Source: an uncultured Planctomycetota bacterium | GTDB taxonomy: Bacteria > Planctomycetota > Planctomycetia > Isosphaerales > Isosphaeraceae | Reading direction: 5' to 3' | Length of the DNA stretch: 64,000 nt | Assembly: GCA_963823665.1 (NCBI GenBank) | Contig: CAWGMQ010000004.1 | Location: 832,001-896,000, forward strand | Shown here: positions 45,441 to 58,600 of the stretch, piece by piece | Numbering within the stretch: the stretch's first letter is position 1 | How the letters are laid out: each line of letters begins with the position of its first letter | The notes under the pieces: model-generated | Seen by the model: only the letters and a program-made list of their open reading frames with translations | Databases searched by the model: none | Told to the model about the DNA's origin: nothing | Position numbers and translations under genes: made by a program

Positions 45441-45739
45441 CGTCGCCATATGGCAACGTCGACATAATGAGGTAAACCAAACCAGACCTTTCTCGACCCA
45501 AGTTCACGGGCCGTGAGGGGGCCGTACGCGGCTCGACCCGTTGAATGGAACTGATTACCCCAAAAACAGTCTCACTCACTTGCCGTCGCCAGCCTGGGGC
45601 AATGGCTGGCCGGAACGTCTTGGAAAAGTGAGAAATTCCGGGAAATATGCAGGAACGAGGCACCAGGCCTGGACGAGCGCGCTTCGACCCGCCTGACGGA
45701 ACTTCGCTCTCAATGCGGGCCAATGCCGTCCCACGCCCG

Positions 45740-46530
45740 ACCACCCGTGCGAACGGGGGCTCGCCTTGTCTTTCCCCCCGCGCGAACGGGGGCTCGCTTT
45801 TTGTTTCCCCCCGTTGCGAAGGGGAGGGCCAGGCGGGCCTGTTGAAATCTTGCAGAATAAGGAGGGGAGATTTCCCGCCGCGAATGTTGCGCGGAGCTTC
45901 TCCTCCGTTAGAAGGGGCTACCCTTTCTTTTTCCCCCCCTTTGAAAGGGGGGGCCAGGGGGGGTCCGTCCCGGCGGCCGCCATCACAAAACCGTCGCGCA
46001 ACAGAAAACGCCGAACTTTCGAGCTCGAAATTCGTGAATACGGCCCGCTTTTCATCCGCCCAGGACAGGGGGCGTGACGGTCGATCGCCACGCGCACGCA
46101 CGACTCGGAACATTCTCGGTGACTCAGAGGTGGTTCGTGCCCCGCGCCGACTCCGGTGGCAGCGATCGAGGCACACCAGTAATATGGGCCAACTTTCGTG
46201 AGTTTGCCCACTCCGTCGACCAGGAAATCTGAGAATTCGCTTCCGGTCGCAGTCATTTCAGCGATCAAGGCGATCGAATGAAACAATCAACCAAGATAAT
46301 GCGAAAAAACGCCAGCGTTCGTGCCCGACCCAGACCGCTCAGCGCGCCTGTTCACCCCATCGCGGCGCCGCCGGCGTTTCAACCCTCGCCCAGCCCGCCG
46401 GGAGAGGGTGGCCGAAGGCCGAGTGAGGGTCCAAGCCATATCCGTCGCCCGCAGTTTCAACCCTCGCCGAAGACACTCTCCCACCTCTCCTCTCGTAGCA
46501 GAGGTCGGCCTAAGTCCGGGTGAGGGGTCG
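45740..46530. repeat. Cluster of REP-like palindromes
   Basis: GCGAACGGGGGCTCGC twice, CCCCCCCTTTGAAAGGGGGGG (about 45933-45953), CCCTCGCCC...GGGAGAGGGTGGCCGAAGGCCGAGTGAGGG (about 46383-46429), a degenerate copy at about 46484-46526, and GTTTCAACCCTCGCC twice. Confidence 0.7.
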
Positions 46531-46668
46531 CCACAAGCCGTCGACACCTCATTCTGTTCCGTGACCCATCAGACCGTCCGCGTTTCCCCGTGGATGAGGA
46601 ACCGACGGCGCGATAGCCTATCCGGGCGCCCGCCTTGACTCATCAGAAACCCAGGAAAGGGCATCACG

Positions 46669-47295
46669 ATGTCAACAGCACCGCGACGACCATTCAGCCT
46701 GCTGGATGCTATGGTCCTCGTTGCCGCAACGGCGGTCGGCCTTGGAGCCGCGCGAGGGATGCATGACATGTTACAGAATTCGACCGAGATGGACGCGTCG
46801 CTCCTCGCGGAACCAGTCGGCCCGTACCTGCTTGAGGCCGCTCGTTGGTCCGCCCTGGGATATCCGTTGCTCGTCGCCTGGACGATCGCCCTCGTGTTAC
46901 TCTTGTTCCTTTCCCGACGATCTCGCCCGAGCCTAAAGAGTTTGCTAGAGCGGCCGGGAGCAACCGCCTGCGGTGCAGCAGCCTTGGCCGTGGCCATCCA
47001 GACGGTCAACGTGATAACACTTGCCGTTGCTCTCATGGCCAACATCGGCACGGTTTTGCCCTCGGCAGTCATGGCACGATTTCTGGTCATGGCAATTACA
47101 CCATATCTAGGAGTCAATTTGGGCATGCCCGGCCTCGCGGTGGCAGTGGCGTGGACGGGTTTGGCATTGAGCGGCCAGTGGCAGGCTGAGCCGAACTGGC
47201 TCGACCGAGCGGGACGCTTGTTGGGCTTGGCCTGGGTCGTTTTGATGGTATTTCAACCCTGGCTCATATCAATTGTCAGGGGTGAGTGGTCGTGA
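46669..47295 (+). CDS. Hypothetical multi-pass membrane protein
   Basis: RRPFSLLDAMVLVAATAVGL, RPGATAC and EPNWLDRAGRLLG, with about five hydrophobic segments. Confidence 0.75.
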   Translation: MSTAPRRPFSLLDAMVLVAATAVGLGAARGMHDMLQNSTEMDASLLAEPVGPYLLEAARWSALGYPLLVAWTIALVLLLFLSRRSRPSLKSLLERPGATACGAAALAVAIQTVNVITLAVALMANIGTVLPSAVMARFLVMAITPYLGVNLGMPGLAVAVAWTGLALSGQWQAEPNWLDRAGRLLGLAWVVLMVFQPWLISIVRGEWS

Positions 47296-47447
47296 AACGA
47301 CACCCTATCTCCAAGAGGGATGGCCGAGCGCGGAGATCGTTCGCCTTTTTCACCTGAATTCCAGCCAGGTCGATGCGGCGATCCGCTATATCGACGATCA
47401 CAAAAAAGAGGTCATGGAGGTTTGCGAGCGAATCCTCGAGCGATGCG
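46872..47447 (+). repeat. 576-bp direct repeat, left copy
   Basis: Gap-free match to 59650-60225 (offset 12778), with about 29 mismatches by hand count (about 95% identity). Confidence 0.95.
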
Positions 47448-47499
47448 GCCCTCGCGAGCGAATGGCTCGAGCCGGGCTGTCGTCGCTCCGCGTTCTTGC

Positions 47500-50400
47500 T
47501 TACTTCGCGAACGGATCTGCCGGGAAAATCGGGTCAAAGAGAACCACGGCTTCGGCTTCGCTGCGCAACAGTCGGATCTCCAGCTCGTCCCAGAAACGCT
47601 GGTGATCCAGCTTGGGCCGGTAGACGCCAAGCTGGTCGAGCCAGCGGCGGGCCTGCTCGGCGCGTCCCAACCGGAAGTGAGCCATCGCCAGGAAGATCCA
47701 ATCCTGGGGCAGACTCGTCCCGTTCCGAAGCTGAATCCCCTCATCCAGCCGCTGGATCGCCTCCTGGAACCGCCCCGCGCGGTAAAGGGAGGCGCCGAGG
47801 GTGTTCAGGGCATTGGGCTTCTCGGCCGTGGGCTGCGCATCGAAGGCGGTCTTGGCCAGTCGCACCAAATTCGCTGGATCGGAAATGTCGCAAGGCGCCA
47901 GCGCGCAAGACCAGGCGACGGCATTGGCCAGGGATGGGTCTGTGCTTACGCCGAACGTGCCGAGCTGTTCGCGGATGACTTGCCGCAGTCCGTCGCGATC
48001 GCCTGAAACCAGCAGGGCCAAGATCAAGTGCCAGCGCGTGGCCTGGTTATCAGGCTCGAGCAAGGACACGTCGCGGCACTCGGCGACGGCTTTTTCCGGC
48101 AGCAAACGTATCAGGTAGAACCGGGCGCGCTCGGTGCGCACGCTGAGATTGAGCGGTCGCGCGCGACCGGCCTCGTCGAAAGCGGCCTCGGCATCGGCCC
48201 AGCGTCGTCGCTCCATCCAGGCGCGTGCCCTGGCGGTTGGGTCAGCGCCTGTCAGGATCGGTGAAACCGATCGCGCGGGTTCCGAAGTGGGCGCACCGCC
48301 CAGTTTGCTGAGCTGAACGACACGATCGCGCCAGGATGGGCCATCGAGGGCGCGAATGGCGCCGTGCTCGTCGAGCTCGAACCCGGTCAAGACCCCGACC
48401 CAGGCGGCGATGCGCGGGAGATCCCCGGAAAGCTGCGCCGGGATCTCCCACCGCCGTGCCTCGCCACTCGGGCTGCCAGTGAGAATGGACTTGCCGTCGG
48501 GGCTGAAGGCCACGGCGGTGACCTCCGCATGATGCTCGAACGGTTTGCCGAGCGGCCGGCGCGTGGCGAGATCCCACAGCCGCGCAGTCTTGTCCTGGCT
48601 CGCGGTTGCGATGGTCTGGCCATCGGGAGAAAACGCCACGGCGAATACCTGGCCTCGATGCTCGGTGAGCGTGCCGATATTGATCCCGGCGGCGTCCCAG
48701 AGTTGCGCCGTCTGGTCGGCGCTGCCGGTGAGGATGGTTGTTCCGTCGGGAGAAATCGCAACGCTCGAGACCCAGCCGTGATGTTTCATGGGGTTGCCGA
48801 GCGGAAGCCCGGTGGCGGCATCCCACCGCCGGGCCGTCCGGTCCCAGCTTCCGGTGACTACGGATTTGCCGTCGGGGCTGAACGCCGCGGCCTGCACGAT
48901 ATGTGCGTGCCTCATCGCCGCGCCGATGGGCAAACCGGTGGTCGTTTCCCACAGCCGCGCCGTGTGGTCCTCGCTTCCACTCACAATGGACTTGCCATCG
49001 GGGCTGAACGCCAGTGCTCTGATTCTGCCTTGCTGTTGCATCGGCCGGCCGATGGGCAGGCCGGTTGCGGATTCCCAGCGCTGTATGGTCCCTGCCGCGG
49101 TCCCGGTGATGATGGCCTTGCCATCGAGGTTGAAGGCGGCGGCGCTCACGGGGCTTTGATGCTTTATCGGCGTGCCGATCGACCGCCCCGTGGCGGCGTC
49201 AGAAAGCCCGACCGTCTGGCTCGCAGCGGCGGTGAGGATGGTTTCGCCATCCGGACTGAACGCAAGAAAAGTGATCCGGCCCTGATACTCGCCCTGTATG
49301 CCCTTGAGCAGGCCCCAGGCGGGTTCCCAGAGCCTTGCGGTCTGATCCCAGCCTCCGGTGAGAACGGTTTTGCCGTCAGGGCTGAAAGCCAGGGACATGA
49401 CTCCGCCTGGGTGATCCAGTAATTGGCCGGTGGGAAGGCCGGTTGCAGCGTCCCAGAACCGCACCGTCCCAGCCGCGCTGCTGCCGGTGACGATGGTGTT
49501 GCCATCCGGGGAGAACGCCACGGCATAAACCGCGCTCTGATGTTCCATGGGCGAGGCGACGGACAGCCCGGTGGCGGCGTCCCAGAGCCGTGCCGTTTTG
49601 TCCCAGCTTCCCGTGGCAATCGTTCTGCCATCGGGTGAGAATGCGACTGCGGAAACGACATTTTGATGCTCGAGTGCTTTGGCGATGGAAAGCCCGGTGA
49701 CAGCGTCCCAGCGCTGCGCGGTCCCAGCGAAGCCTCCGGTCAGGATGGTCTTGCCGCCTGGAGAGAACGCCACCGACGAAACCCCGCCGCGAACGTTCAA
49801 CGGCCTCTTGACCAGGATTCCGGTGGCGGCGTCCCAGAGCCGTGCTGTTCCGTCCCAGCTTCCGCTCAAGATGGTCTTGCCATCCGGGCTGAAGGCCAGC
49901 GCGCTCACCCGGTCCCGATGCTGCATTGGCTTGCCGATGGGCTTGCCGGTGACTGCACTAAAGCGCTGCACGGAGCCATCGCGGCTGCCGGTGAGGGCCG
50001 TTCCGCCGTCGGGCGAGATAGCGACCGCTTCCACCACTTCTTGATGCTGAAGCGGCGATCCGATCGGCTCTGCGCTGGCCGTGTCCCAGAGCTGCGCGGT
50101 ATGGTCCCAACTTCCGGTAAGGATGGTCTTGCCCTCGCGGCTGATTGCGACCGCGGTCACAAGATCGTCATGTGAAAACACGCCTTTGAGACCACTCCAG
50201 TCTCGTCGCCAGACGGAGAGACCCGAGAGGGCCGCATGCCTCCAGATCGGGTCGCGTGCGTCGGTCGCGGCGTGCAGGCTTTCGACGAACCAGAGCAAGC
50301 CTGGCCCGACCTGTCCGGCGTCGCAGGCGGCGAGCCCGCGCTCGAAATTGAGCATGGCGAGGCGGCTGTTTGACTGGTCCAAAGCGTTGGTGAGGTTGGC

Positions 50401-51767
50401 TCGCTCGGTCCTCAAGTTCTCGCTCTCGCCCTGGAGCCTTTCCGCCAGCTTGCCGATGGTCGTCGCAGTCCGAGCCCGCTGGTCGGCGTACAAGAGTGAC
50501 ACCAGCGTGACGCCCATCAGTGCCGCCGCGGCAGCCGTGACCGATGTCCGGTTGCGCCGCATCCAGCGCCGCAAACGCATCGATAGAGGCTCGCGCCAGG
50601 CCGCGACGGGCTCGTCCGCCAGCCAGTTTTCGACGTCCTTGGCAACGTCCCGCGCCGAGGAATAGCGCTCTTTCGGCCGCGCCGCCAGAGCCTTGGCGCA
50701 GACGGCATCGAGGGCAGGCGAGAGGCCAGGATTTCGTTTTCGGGGGGACAAGATCGCAGCCTCGCGCACCACCTTCAGCGGATCCACCCCGCGCAGCGTC
50801 GTTTCCTCGAAGGCCGGCTTCCCTGTAAGGATCGCATAAAGAATCAGCCCGAGATTGAAGATGTCACTCGCGGGACCGGCGGGCTCGCCCCGGGCCTGCT
50901 CTGGACTCATGTACTGCGGCGTGCCCATCACGGCACCGGTGGCGGTTAATTCGTCGGCCGAGGGGCCCCGAGACGATTCGGCCGCGACCGCTTTCGGCGC
51001 GGATTCATCCTCGCCAAATCGCTTTGCCAGGCCCCAGTCCATCACCAGCGTCTCGCCATAGGGACCGAGCATGATGTTCGACGGCTTGAGGTCGCGGTGT
51101 ACAATGCCCTGGTCGTGAGCGAAGGCGACGGTGTTGCACACACCGATGAAGTGCTGGAGAAGCCCGCGGAGGTTCAAGTTGCGCCGGCTGGGCGCACGGC
51201 GAAGCGTGTCGTCCTGGTGAAACGCGAGTGTCGCCTCGTGCAAGGTCTGCCCCTGGATCAGCGGCATCGTGTAAAACGGCCCATTATCGTCTTGCCCGAG
51301 GCCGTAGATCGGGACGTGGCCGGGTGCTGAAGCTGGGCCGTGATGGCTGCTTCGCGTACGAAACGCCGCCGCGCTTCCTCGTGCAGCTTTTCGGGACGAA
51401 TCCGTTTCAGCGCCACGGTGCGATCAAGCTCTTCCTGGTGGGCGGCGAGCACTTCTCCCAGGCCGCCGCGGGCGTGATGGTGTTGCGGCCGGTATACGGC
51501 GACGGCGCTCAGAAGACCGGGAATCACGTGACGGTCTGCTGCGTGGGTCGGATGCACGCTCTCCGGTGTGGTAGAGAGCCGGGCGGCGTCGAGGTCGAGC
51601 ACCGGATCCAGCCGCAACACGGCTGCGATTCGCCGCCGCAGCTCAGGAGCAAGCTCGGGTGAATCGGCGCAAAGTTCTTCGGCTGGGAGGGCGTGTCCCT
51701 GACCGCGCAGCTCGTCCCAGCGGATGAGGAGCTCTTCCACGCGGTCGTTGGCTGGATCGTGCGTCAT
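47500..51767 (-). CDS. Ser/Thr protein kinase with WD40 repeats and C-terminal TPR (frameshift near 51320)
   Basis: HARGGLGEV, VALKRI, HRDLKPSN, DWGLAK and GTPQYMSPE. About 14 WD40 repeats (VAFSPDGKTILTGSWD.TARLWD) and a TPR tail. Confidence 0.93.
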
Positions 51768-51794
51768 CACCGTCGAGTTGCTCCCACTACATCG

Positions 51795-52415
51795 TCACAC
51801 GGGAAGCTGGCCGCCCAGTGTATCGCTGAGGCGGACCCGCGCAGCCAGCCAGCGGCTATGCACGGTTCGTTCAGAAATGCCAAGCATCGCGGCTGCCTCG
51901 GCCTGGGTCAAGCCTTCGTACCAAAGCAGGTCGAACAGCTCGCGGTCGGAATCGCTCAGCGACTCAACCGCGGCGTGAAACTCGGCCCAGGCCGCCAGCC
52001 GGCTCGGGTCATAGGTCGACTGGATTGGTGAACGGGCAAGGTCAGCGGCGGCACTGCCCTGACACGGGGCTTGGGTGGCATGATGCGCCCCCATGCCTTG
52101 CGGGCCGTAGTAGTGGCGCGCCAGGTCGATCAGCTCTCGGCGAACCTGGGCGGCAGCGAGCCGGAAAAAGTCGCGCGGGGTCGCTGGAGTGACGGACCGC
52201 AATGCCCGATCGAGCCGAATCACCACGTTCTGGGCTACGTCGTCGCTTTGCTCCCAGCGTCCGACGCCGGGAAAATCCTTGAGCATCTTGGCCGCGATAC
52301 GGGTCAGGCGTTCAGTGGAAATCGCCAAGAGTCGCTCGATCGCGGAGAAGTCGCCCAGGCGCAGGCGATCTAAACCAAGCTGAATCTCAACTGTCCGATC
52401 ACACCCGTCTTCCAT
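51795..52415 (-). CDS. ECF sigma factor associated with the Ser/Thr kinase
   Basis: RLTRIAAKMLKDFPGVGRWEQSDDVAQN, RRELIDLARHY and ELFDLLWYEGLTQAEAAAMLGISERTV. Confidence 0.9.
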   Translation of the reverse strand: MEDGCDRTVEIQLGLDRLRLGDFSAIERLLAISTERLTRIAAKMLKDFPGVGRWEQSDDVAQNVVIRLDRALRSVTPATPRDFFRLAAAQVRRELIDLARHYYGPQGMGAHHATQAPCQGSAAADLARSPIQSTYDPSRLAAWAEFHAAVESLSDSDRELFDLLWYEGLTQAEAAAMLGISERTVHSRWLAARVRLSDTLGGQLPV

Positions 52416-52693
52416 CGCACGACCAAACCGCCCCGCGCTGGTAGAGGATCCCCCAACGATTCCTCCGGGTAGCTCTATGCATGCTACCACGCCGGCTGGC
52501 TGAACGACCACAGATCCGCTGAAAATCTTCGATGATTGTTGCGGTCGCGGATCGCGGCTCTCGCTTTAGAAGAAGTGCCGGCGATTCCGCGACCGTTCCG
52601 CGGTGATCACACTGTCCGGCCCAGTGGAAATCGGCGAACCTCGCGCGAGACTGCCGGCGCGCAAGCGGCGGTTTATTTCTGAGCCGGACGACG

Positions 52694-55600
52694 ATGACAG
52701 GACTGATGAACATGGCATTCATACGCCGCGACAGCGAGCACATCCGAAACCGTGAACGCCCAACGACGCAAAAGGCGCGGCTCGGCCGAATGCGAGTGCC
52801 CCATGTCGAGCTGATGGAGCCCCGGACGCTGCTGGCGACGCTCCAGCTATCCGGCGGGCTGGGCGAGCAATCGACACTTGACTCGGTCGCTCAGACCGAG
52901 AACGAGATGTTTTTTCTGAACACGCCGAATTCACAAAAAGACCCCCACGGCGATGGCACGGCGGTCGCGAACGTGACACTGACGACTGCAAATTCCTCGT
53001 CGGGCAATCCGGGCGTGCTGCTCGACATCCTTTCTCAGGGCAGCGTGGCGCTGCACGGTATCGCCAATGTCGCCACCAGCGCGGGGCTGGCCGACACGGA
53101 TGGCCAGATCGGCGCCGACCTTCCGGTCACGATCATCCCCACAACTCCGGATGAGCAGCCCGGCGATCGGGTCATCGTCGCTCTCAGCTTCGTCTACAAT
53201 CCAAAGACGTTCGCGTCCAACAACGCGGCCGCCGATTTTTCGTATCTCGCCAGTTACACATACAAGGGTGATACGACCCTTCTGGTATCGGACGACCATC
53301 AGGCAGGCGGCCCGGGGGTCACGCCGGTCGGACCAGGTAACGTTGACCACGAGTCGGGTACATTCATCGCCCGAATTGGCGACACATTCACACTTTCGTT
53401 CAGCGAGAGCCTTTCGGGACATACGGTCGCGCCCTACCTGGGTGGCCTGATCAATAACGTGGGATGGGTTATCGATACGAACCTCGATCTCAGCGCGAGC
53501 CTCGCCCCGCCCGACCCGACGTCCACCACGGTGACCACCCAGCCCGCCGGTAACGCCGACTTCGGTCAAAACGTGACCTTCACGGCGACGGTGGCTGATA
53601 CCAGTAGCAGCCCGGATGCGGGGACCCCGATCGGAACGGTGCAGTTCACTGTTGACGGTACACAGTTCGGCACCCCGGTTGACCTGGATGGCGGCACAGC
53701 CACGATCACCGACGCAAACCTGCCGGTGGGTTCGCACGCAATCAGCGCCACGTATACCCCCGGAAATCACAATTTCCAGGCGAGCAGCCCCCTGGCCCCG
53801 ACACCGCTTGTGATTCAAGCCGACTCGACCTCAACCATCATCGGGACCCAGCCCAGCGGCGAGGCCAACGTTGGCCAGAGCGTCACCTTCACGGCGACCG
53901 TGGCAAACACCAGCCAGAGCGCGAACCCGGCGACACCGACCGGCACGGTTCAGTTCTCCGTGGACGGAATCCCCTACGGCGCTCCGGTATCACTGGTGAA
54001 CGGTGTGGCCACCACCAGCGATGCGGGCCTGCCGCTCGGATCGCATTCGATTTCCGCCACCTACATCCCGGACAACACCAACTTCGCCGCGAGCGACTCA
54101 CAGCCGGTGCCGTTGGTGATCCAGTCGCTCATCGAAGATTCCTCGACCCTTTCCGCCGTTGCTGCCAATGGAGCCTACGGTGGCACGGCGACCCTTACCG
54201 CGAGCTTGACCTCCGCTGGCTTGCCGCTCCTGGGCGAGACGGTGGGGTTCAGCCTGCTGGTGGGTGGGATCATCACGCCGGTTGGTAAGTCGACGACAAA
54301 TGCGAGCGGCGTTGCCACGTTGAACGGCGTGAGCTTGGCCGGGTTCAACGTCGGCACATTCGCGCATTTCGTGGGCGCGAGTTTCGCCGGTGACTCGACC
54401 TATTCCGGCGCCAGCGCCGACGGCCCTCTCACCGTGGTAGAAAATGACTTCTTGGCCGTCACCACCAATCCCACCAGCCAAGTCGCCAGTGCCGGCAATC
54501 CCGTGACGTTCGCGGCTGCCGGGTCCGGGTTACCCACGCCGACCATGCAGTGGCAAGTGAGCACCGACGGCGGCAATACGTTCAGCAATCTAGCGGATGC
54601 CACATCGGCGAGCCTGACCTTCACCACGACGGAGTCCGAAAACGGCTACGAATACCGCGCAGTCTTCACGAACTCGGCCGGAACCGCAGCCACAGCGCCG
54701 GCCACGTTGACGGTCAACACACAGCCTGGCGGGCTGGTCGTCAGCGCCGCCAACGGCGTTTTCCCCCAGTTCAGCCTCGCGCCGTCCCCGATAGCTTCGA
54801 GCGCTGATTCTGGCGACTTTAGCCTTGTGCTCAGCACCGGCAACATCCTCGTGGATGAGTTGAGCGCGGTTTGCCTCTTCAACGGCAAGACGGGCGCGTT
54901 GATCAGTACCCTCACCGGAGGGGGAAACGTCGGAGGGGGCTATACCTTCACGGCCCTGACCAATGGGAATTTCGTGGTGTCCGGCGTAGGCTCGGCGACC
55001 TGGGGGAGCGGGACGACCGGGGTCAGCGGCACGGTCTCCGCGGCGAACAGCCTTGTCGAAAGCGGCAGCACTGGCTCCGTCGCTTACAGCACCGCTGTTA
55101 TTCCTCTCGCAAACGGAAACTATGTCGTGGATTTCATAGGCTGGCATGCCGCTACCGGGGCTGTCGCTTGGGGGAACGGGACGGCGGGAACCGTCGGCAC
55201 TGTCTCCGCCGCCAACAGCTTGGTCGGCAACAATTTCGGCGACTGGGTGGGGGGTAGCGGCGGTTCGGTAGGCGGCGTCACGGCCCTGGCGGACGGCAAT
55301 TACGTGGTGGCAAGTCCGTTCTGGAACAACAACGAGGGAGCGGTGACCTGGGGAAACGGGACGACGGGCGTCGCGGGCACGATCACCGCTGCGAACAGCC
55401 TCATCGGTTGCGGCGATCAATCTGGCGAGCTCACGGTCACCTCTCTTACGAACGGCAACTACGTTGTATCCAACTCCCAATGGAATGGCGGCGAGGGCGA
55501 GGTGACTTGGGGGAGCGGAGCGACGGGAGTCGACGGCACCGTGTCAGCGGCCAATAGCCTTGTCGGCAGCCTGGTTGGCGACGGAGTTGGCGAAGACATT

Positions 55601-58600
55601 ATCGCCCTCACAAACGGCAATTACGTCGTGGACAGCTACCAATGGAAAGCAGCCGCCGGAGCCTCGGAGGCGGGTGCAGTAACGTGGGGTAGCGGGACGA
55701 TGGGCGTTAGCGGCACCATCTCCGCGACGAACAGTCTCGTCGGCAATAGCGGTGACGAGGTTGGCGGCTGGGACAACGCCAGTCCATTTACCGGCCTCGT
55801 CGCCCTCTCCAATGGCAACTACGTCGTGGCCAGCCCAAACTGGAATGGCAACCTTGGCGCGGTGACATGGGGGAATGGAACCACGGGAACCACCGGCGTC
55901 GTCTCCGCCGCCAACTGCCTCATCGGCAGCAACCAAGGCGACTCTGTAGGCGCCGGCACGCCTTACAATTCGCCCACCAATTTTTTCACCGTCGGCGTCA
56001 TCGCCCTGTCCAATGGGAACTATGTCGTCGACAGCCCGTACTGGAACAGCGATGAGGGGGCCGCGACGTGGGGGAACGGGGCGATCGGAACGATCGGTAC
56101 GGTCTCTTCCGCCAATAGCCTGGTTGGCAGCCATCCTTACAGCAACCAAACCGGATTCAGCGATTCGGTGGGCCTGCAGGGCGTCACCGCCCTGACCAAC
56201 GGCAACTACGTGGTGGACAGCTCTAACTGGTATGGCGACACCGGAGCGGTAACCTGGGGCAACGGCACAACGGGAAGTGTCGGCATTGTCTCTGCGGCCA
56301 ACAGCTTGGTCGGCAGCGACCCGTATGATCAAGTCGGAAACGACGGCGTAGACGCCGACGACGTCATTGCGCTAACGAACGGCAATTATGTTGTTGGAAG
56401 CCCGCTCTGGAATGATGATGAAGGGGCCGTGACATGGGGAAGCGGCAAGACCGGTGTCGTCGGCACCATATCCACCACCAACAGCATGGTCGGCAGCTCA
56501 CCGGAATCGTTAAACGACTCTGTCGCCGGCGACTGGCTCGGGGGTGGCCCCGATGGCTTCCGGGGGCTCACAGCCTTGCCCGACGGCAATTATGCGGTCG
56601 TCAGCCAAATCGCGCTCCAGGGCGCGGGAACTGTGACATGGGGCGATGGCACAACAGGAACTTTCGGCACTGTCTCGAGCGCAAACAGTTTCGTCGGCGC
56701 CGATTCCGAAACCAGCGAGATCGTCGTTCTTCCCAACAGTAACTACCTCTACTCGGTATCAGGCGGCGGCTCGATCAGTTGCACGTGGTTCGATGGTTCC
56801 ACCGGAAAGACCATGGATGGCCAGATTACGGCCGACCTCCAAAACACCTTCGAGGGTACCGGACTACCGTCTGACATTCAGCCAATCTCGTCCGGCAGTT
56901 CCTTCATCGCGGGCTCAACGTTCGCCTTCACTGACCCCAACGAGCTGACGTACGCGCTCGCCCAGGGCCAGACCATCACCGTGGCTCCGAGCTTCCTGAC
57001 CCGCGACCTGGACGCGGGAACAGACGTCACGATCCAGTCCAACGACGATATCACGATCGACAGCCCCATTGACGAAACATCCAGCGGCACGCCCGGCAGC
57101 CTCACGCTCGAGGCCGGCCGCAGCATTTTGATCAACGCCGGAATCAACACGGACGGCGCAAACCTGTCGCTGATCGCCAACGATTCCGTTGCCGACGGCG
57201 TCGTCAACAGCGAGCGCGACCCCGGAGACGCCGACATCACCATGGCCTCGGGGGCTACGCTCAACACCGGCTCGGGAACGCTGAATGTCGACCTCGAGCA
57301 AAGCACCGACAAGACCAACAACGATCGAGGGTCGGTCACCTTGCAGGGCGTCGACGCGAGTGCGCTCACTCTCCCGCCTGGCAGTCCACTGGCTGTTTCG
57401 ATCAATGGAACCACTCCCGGCGACGGCGTCGCGGCCGGCACCTACTTTCAGCTCGATGTCAGTGGATCCATCGACCTCAACGAGGCGCCGCTCCAGGTCA
57501 CCGCGAATACGGCCCTGGCCGCGGGTACCACGCTCACGATCGTGCAAAGCGGCAGCGGCGTGACCGGCACATTCCGAGGATTGCCGGAAGGGAGCCTGAT
57601 CGACTCGGCGAGCGGCAGCGTCTTCAGCATTTCCTACCAGGCCGACGGTGGGAACGCGGTCGTGCTGACCGCCCTCGCGACGGCGCTCACGATTCCTTCC
57701 GTCACGGGGCTGACGCCTGCGCAAGGACCAATCGCCGGGGGCACCACAGTGACGATCACCGGCACGAATCTCGCCAGCGCCTCCGCCGTGGATTTCGGCT
57801 CGGTTCAAGTGACCAGCTTCCTCAGCGACACTGCCGATGGGATTACGCTCATGAGCCCAGCGGGCTCAGGCACCATGGACGTGACGGTCGTGACGCCGAA
57901 CGGCACATCGGCCACCTCGCCGGCTGACCAGTTCAGTTACGTCGCCCCGCAGCCTCCCCCGGACGTCACGGGAATCGCGCCGGCCACGGGACCAGCGACG
58001 GGCGGCACCACTGTGACGATCAACGGCACGAATCTTGCCAGCGCCTCCGCCGTCAATTTCGGCTCGGTCCAAATGACCAGCTTCCTCAGCGACACGGCCA
58101 ATGAGATTACGCTCGTGAGCCCCGCCGGCTCAGGCACGGTGGACGTGACCGTCGTGACGCCGAACGGCACATCGGCGACGTCACCGGCTGACCAGTTCAG
58201 TTACGTCGCTGCGCCGCCTCCTCCTTCCGTGACAGGAATCGCGCCGGCGACAGGACCGGCGACCGGCGGCACCACTGTGACGATCAACGGCGCGAATCTC
58301 GCCAGCGCCTCCGCCGTCAATTTCGGCTCGGTGCAAGTGAGCAGCTTCCTCAGCGACACGGCCAATGAGATTACCCTCGTGAGCCCCGCCGGCTCAGGAC
58401 CGGTGGACGTGACCGTCGTGACGCCGAACGGCACATCGGCGACGTCACCGGCTGACCAGTTCAGTTACGTCGCTGCGCCGCTCCCTGCTTCCGTGACAGG
58501 AATCGCGCCGGCGACAGGACCGGCGACCGGCGGCACCACTGTGACGATCACCGGCACGAATCTCGCCAGCGCCTCCGCCGTCAATTTCGGCTCGGTCCAA

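Noticed and set aside
46872..47447. The 576-bp repeat pair as a DGR template/variable repeat
   Set aside because: Mismatches involve all four bases rather than adenines only, and there is no reverse transcriptase in the window.
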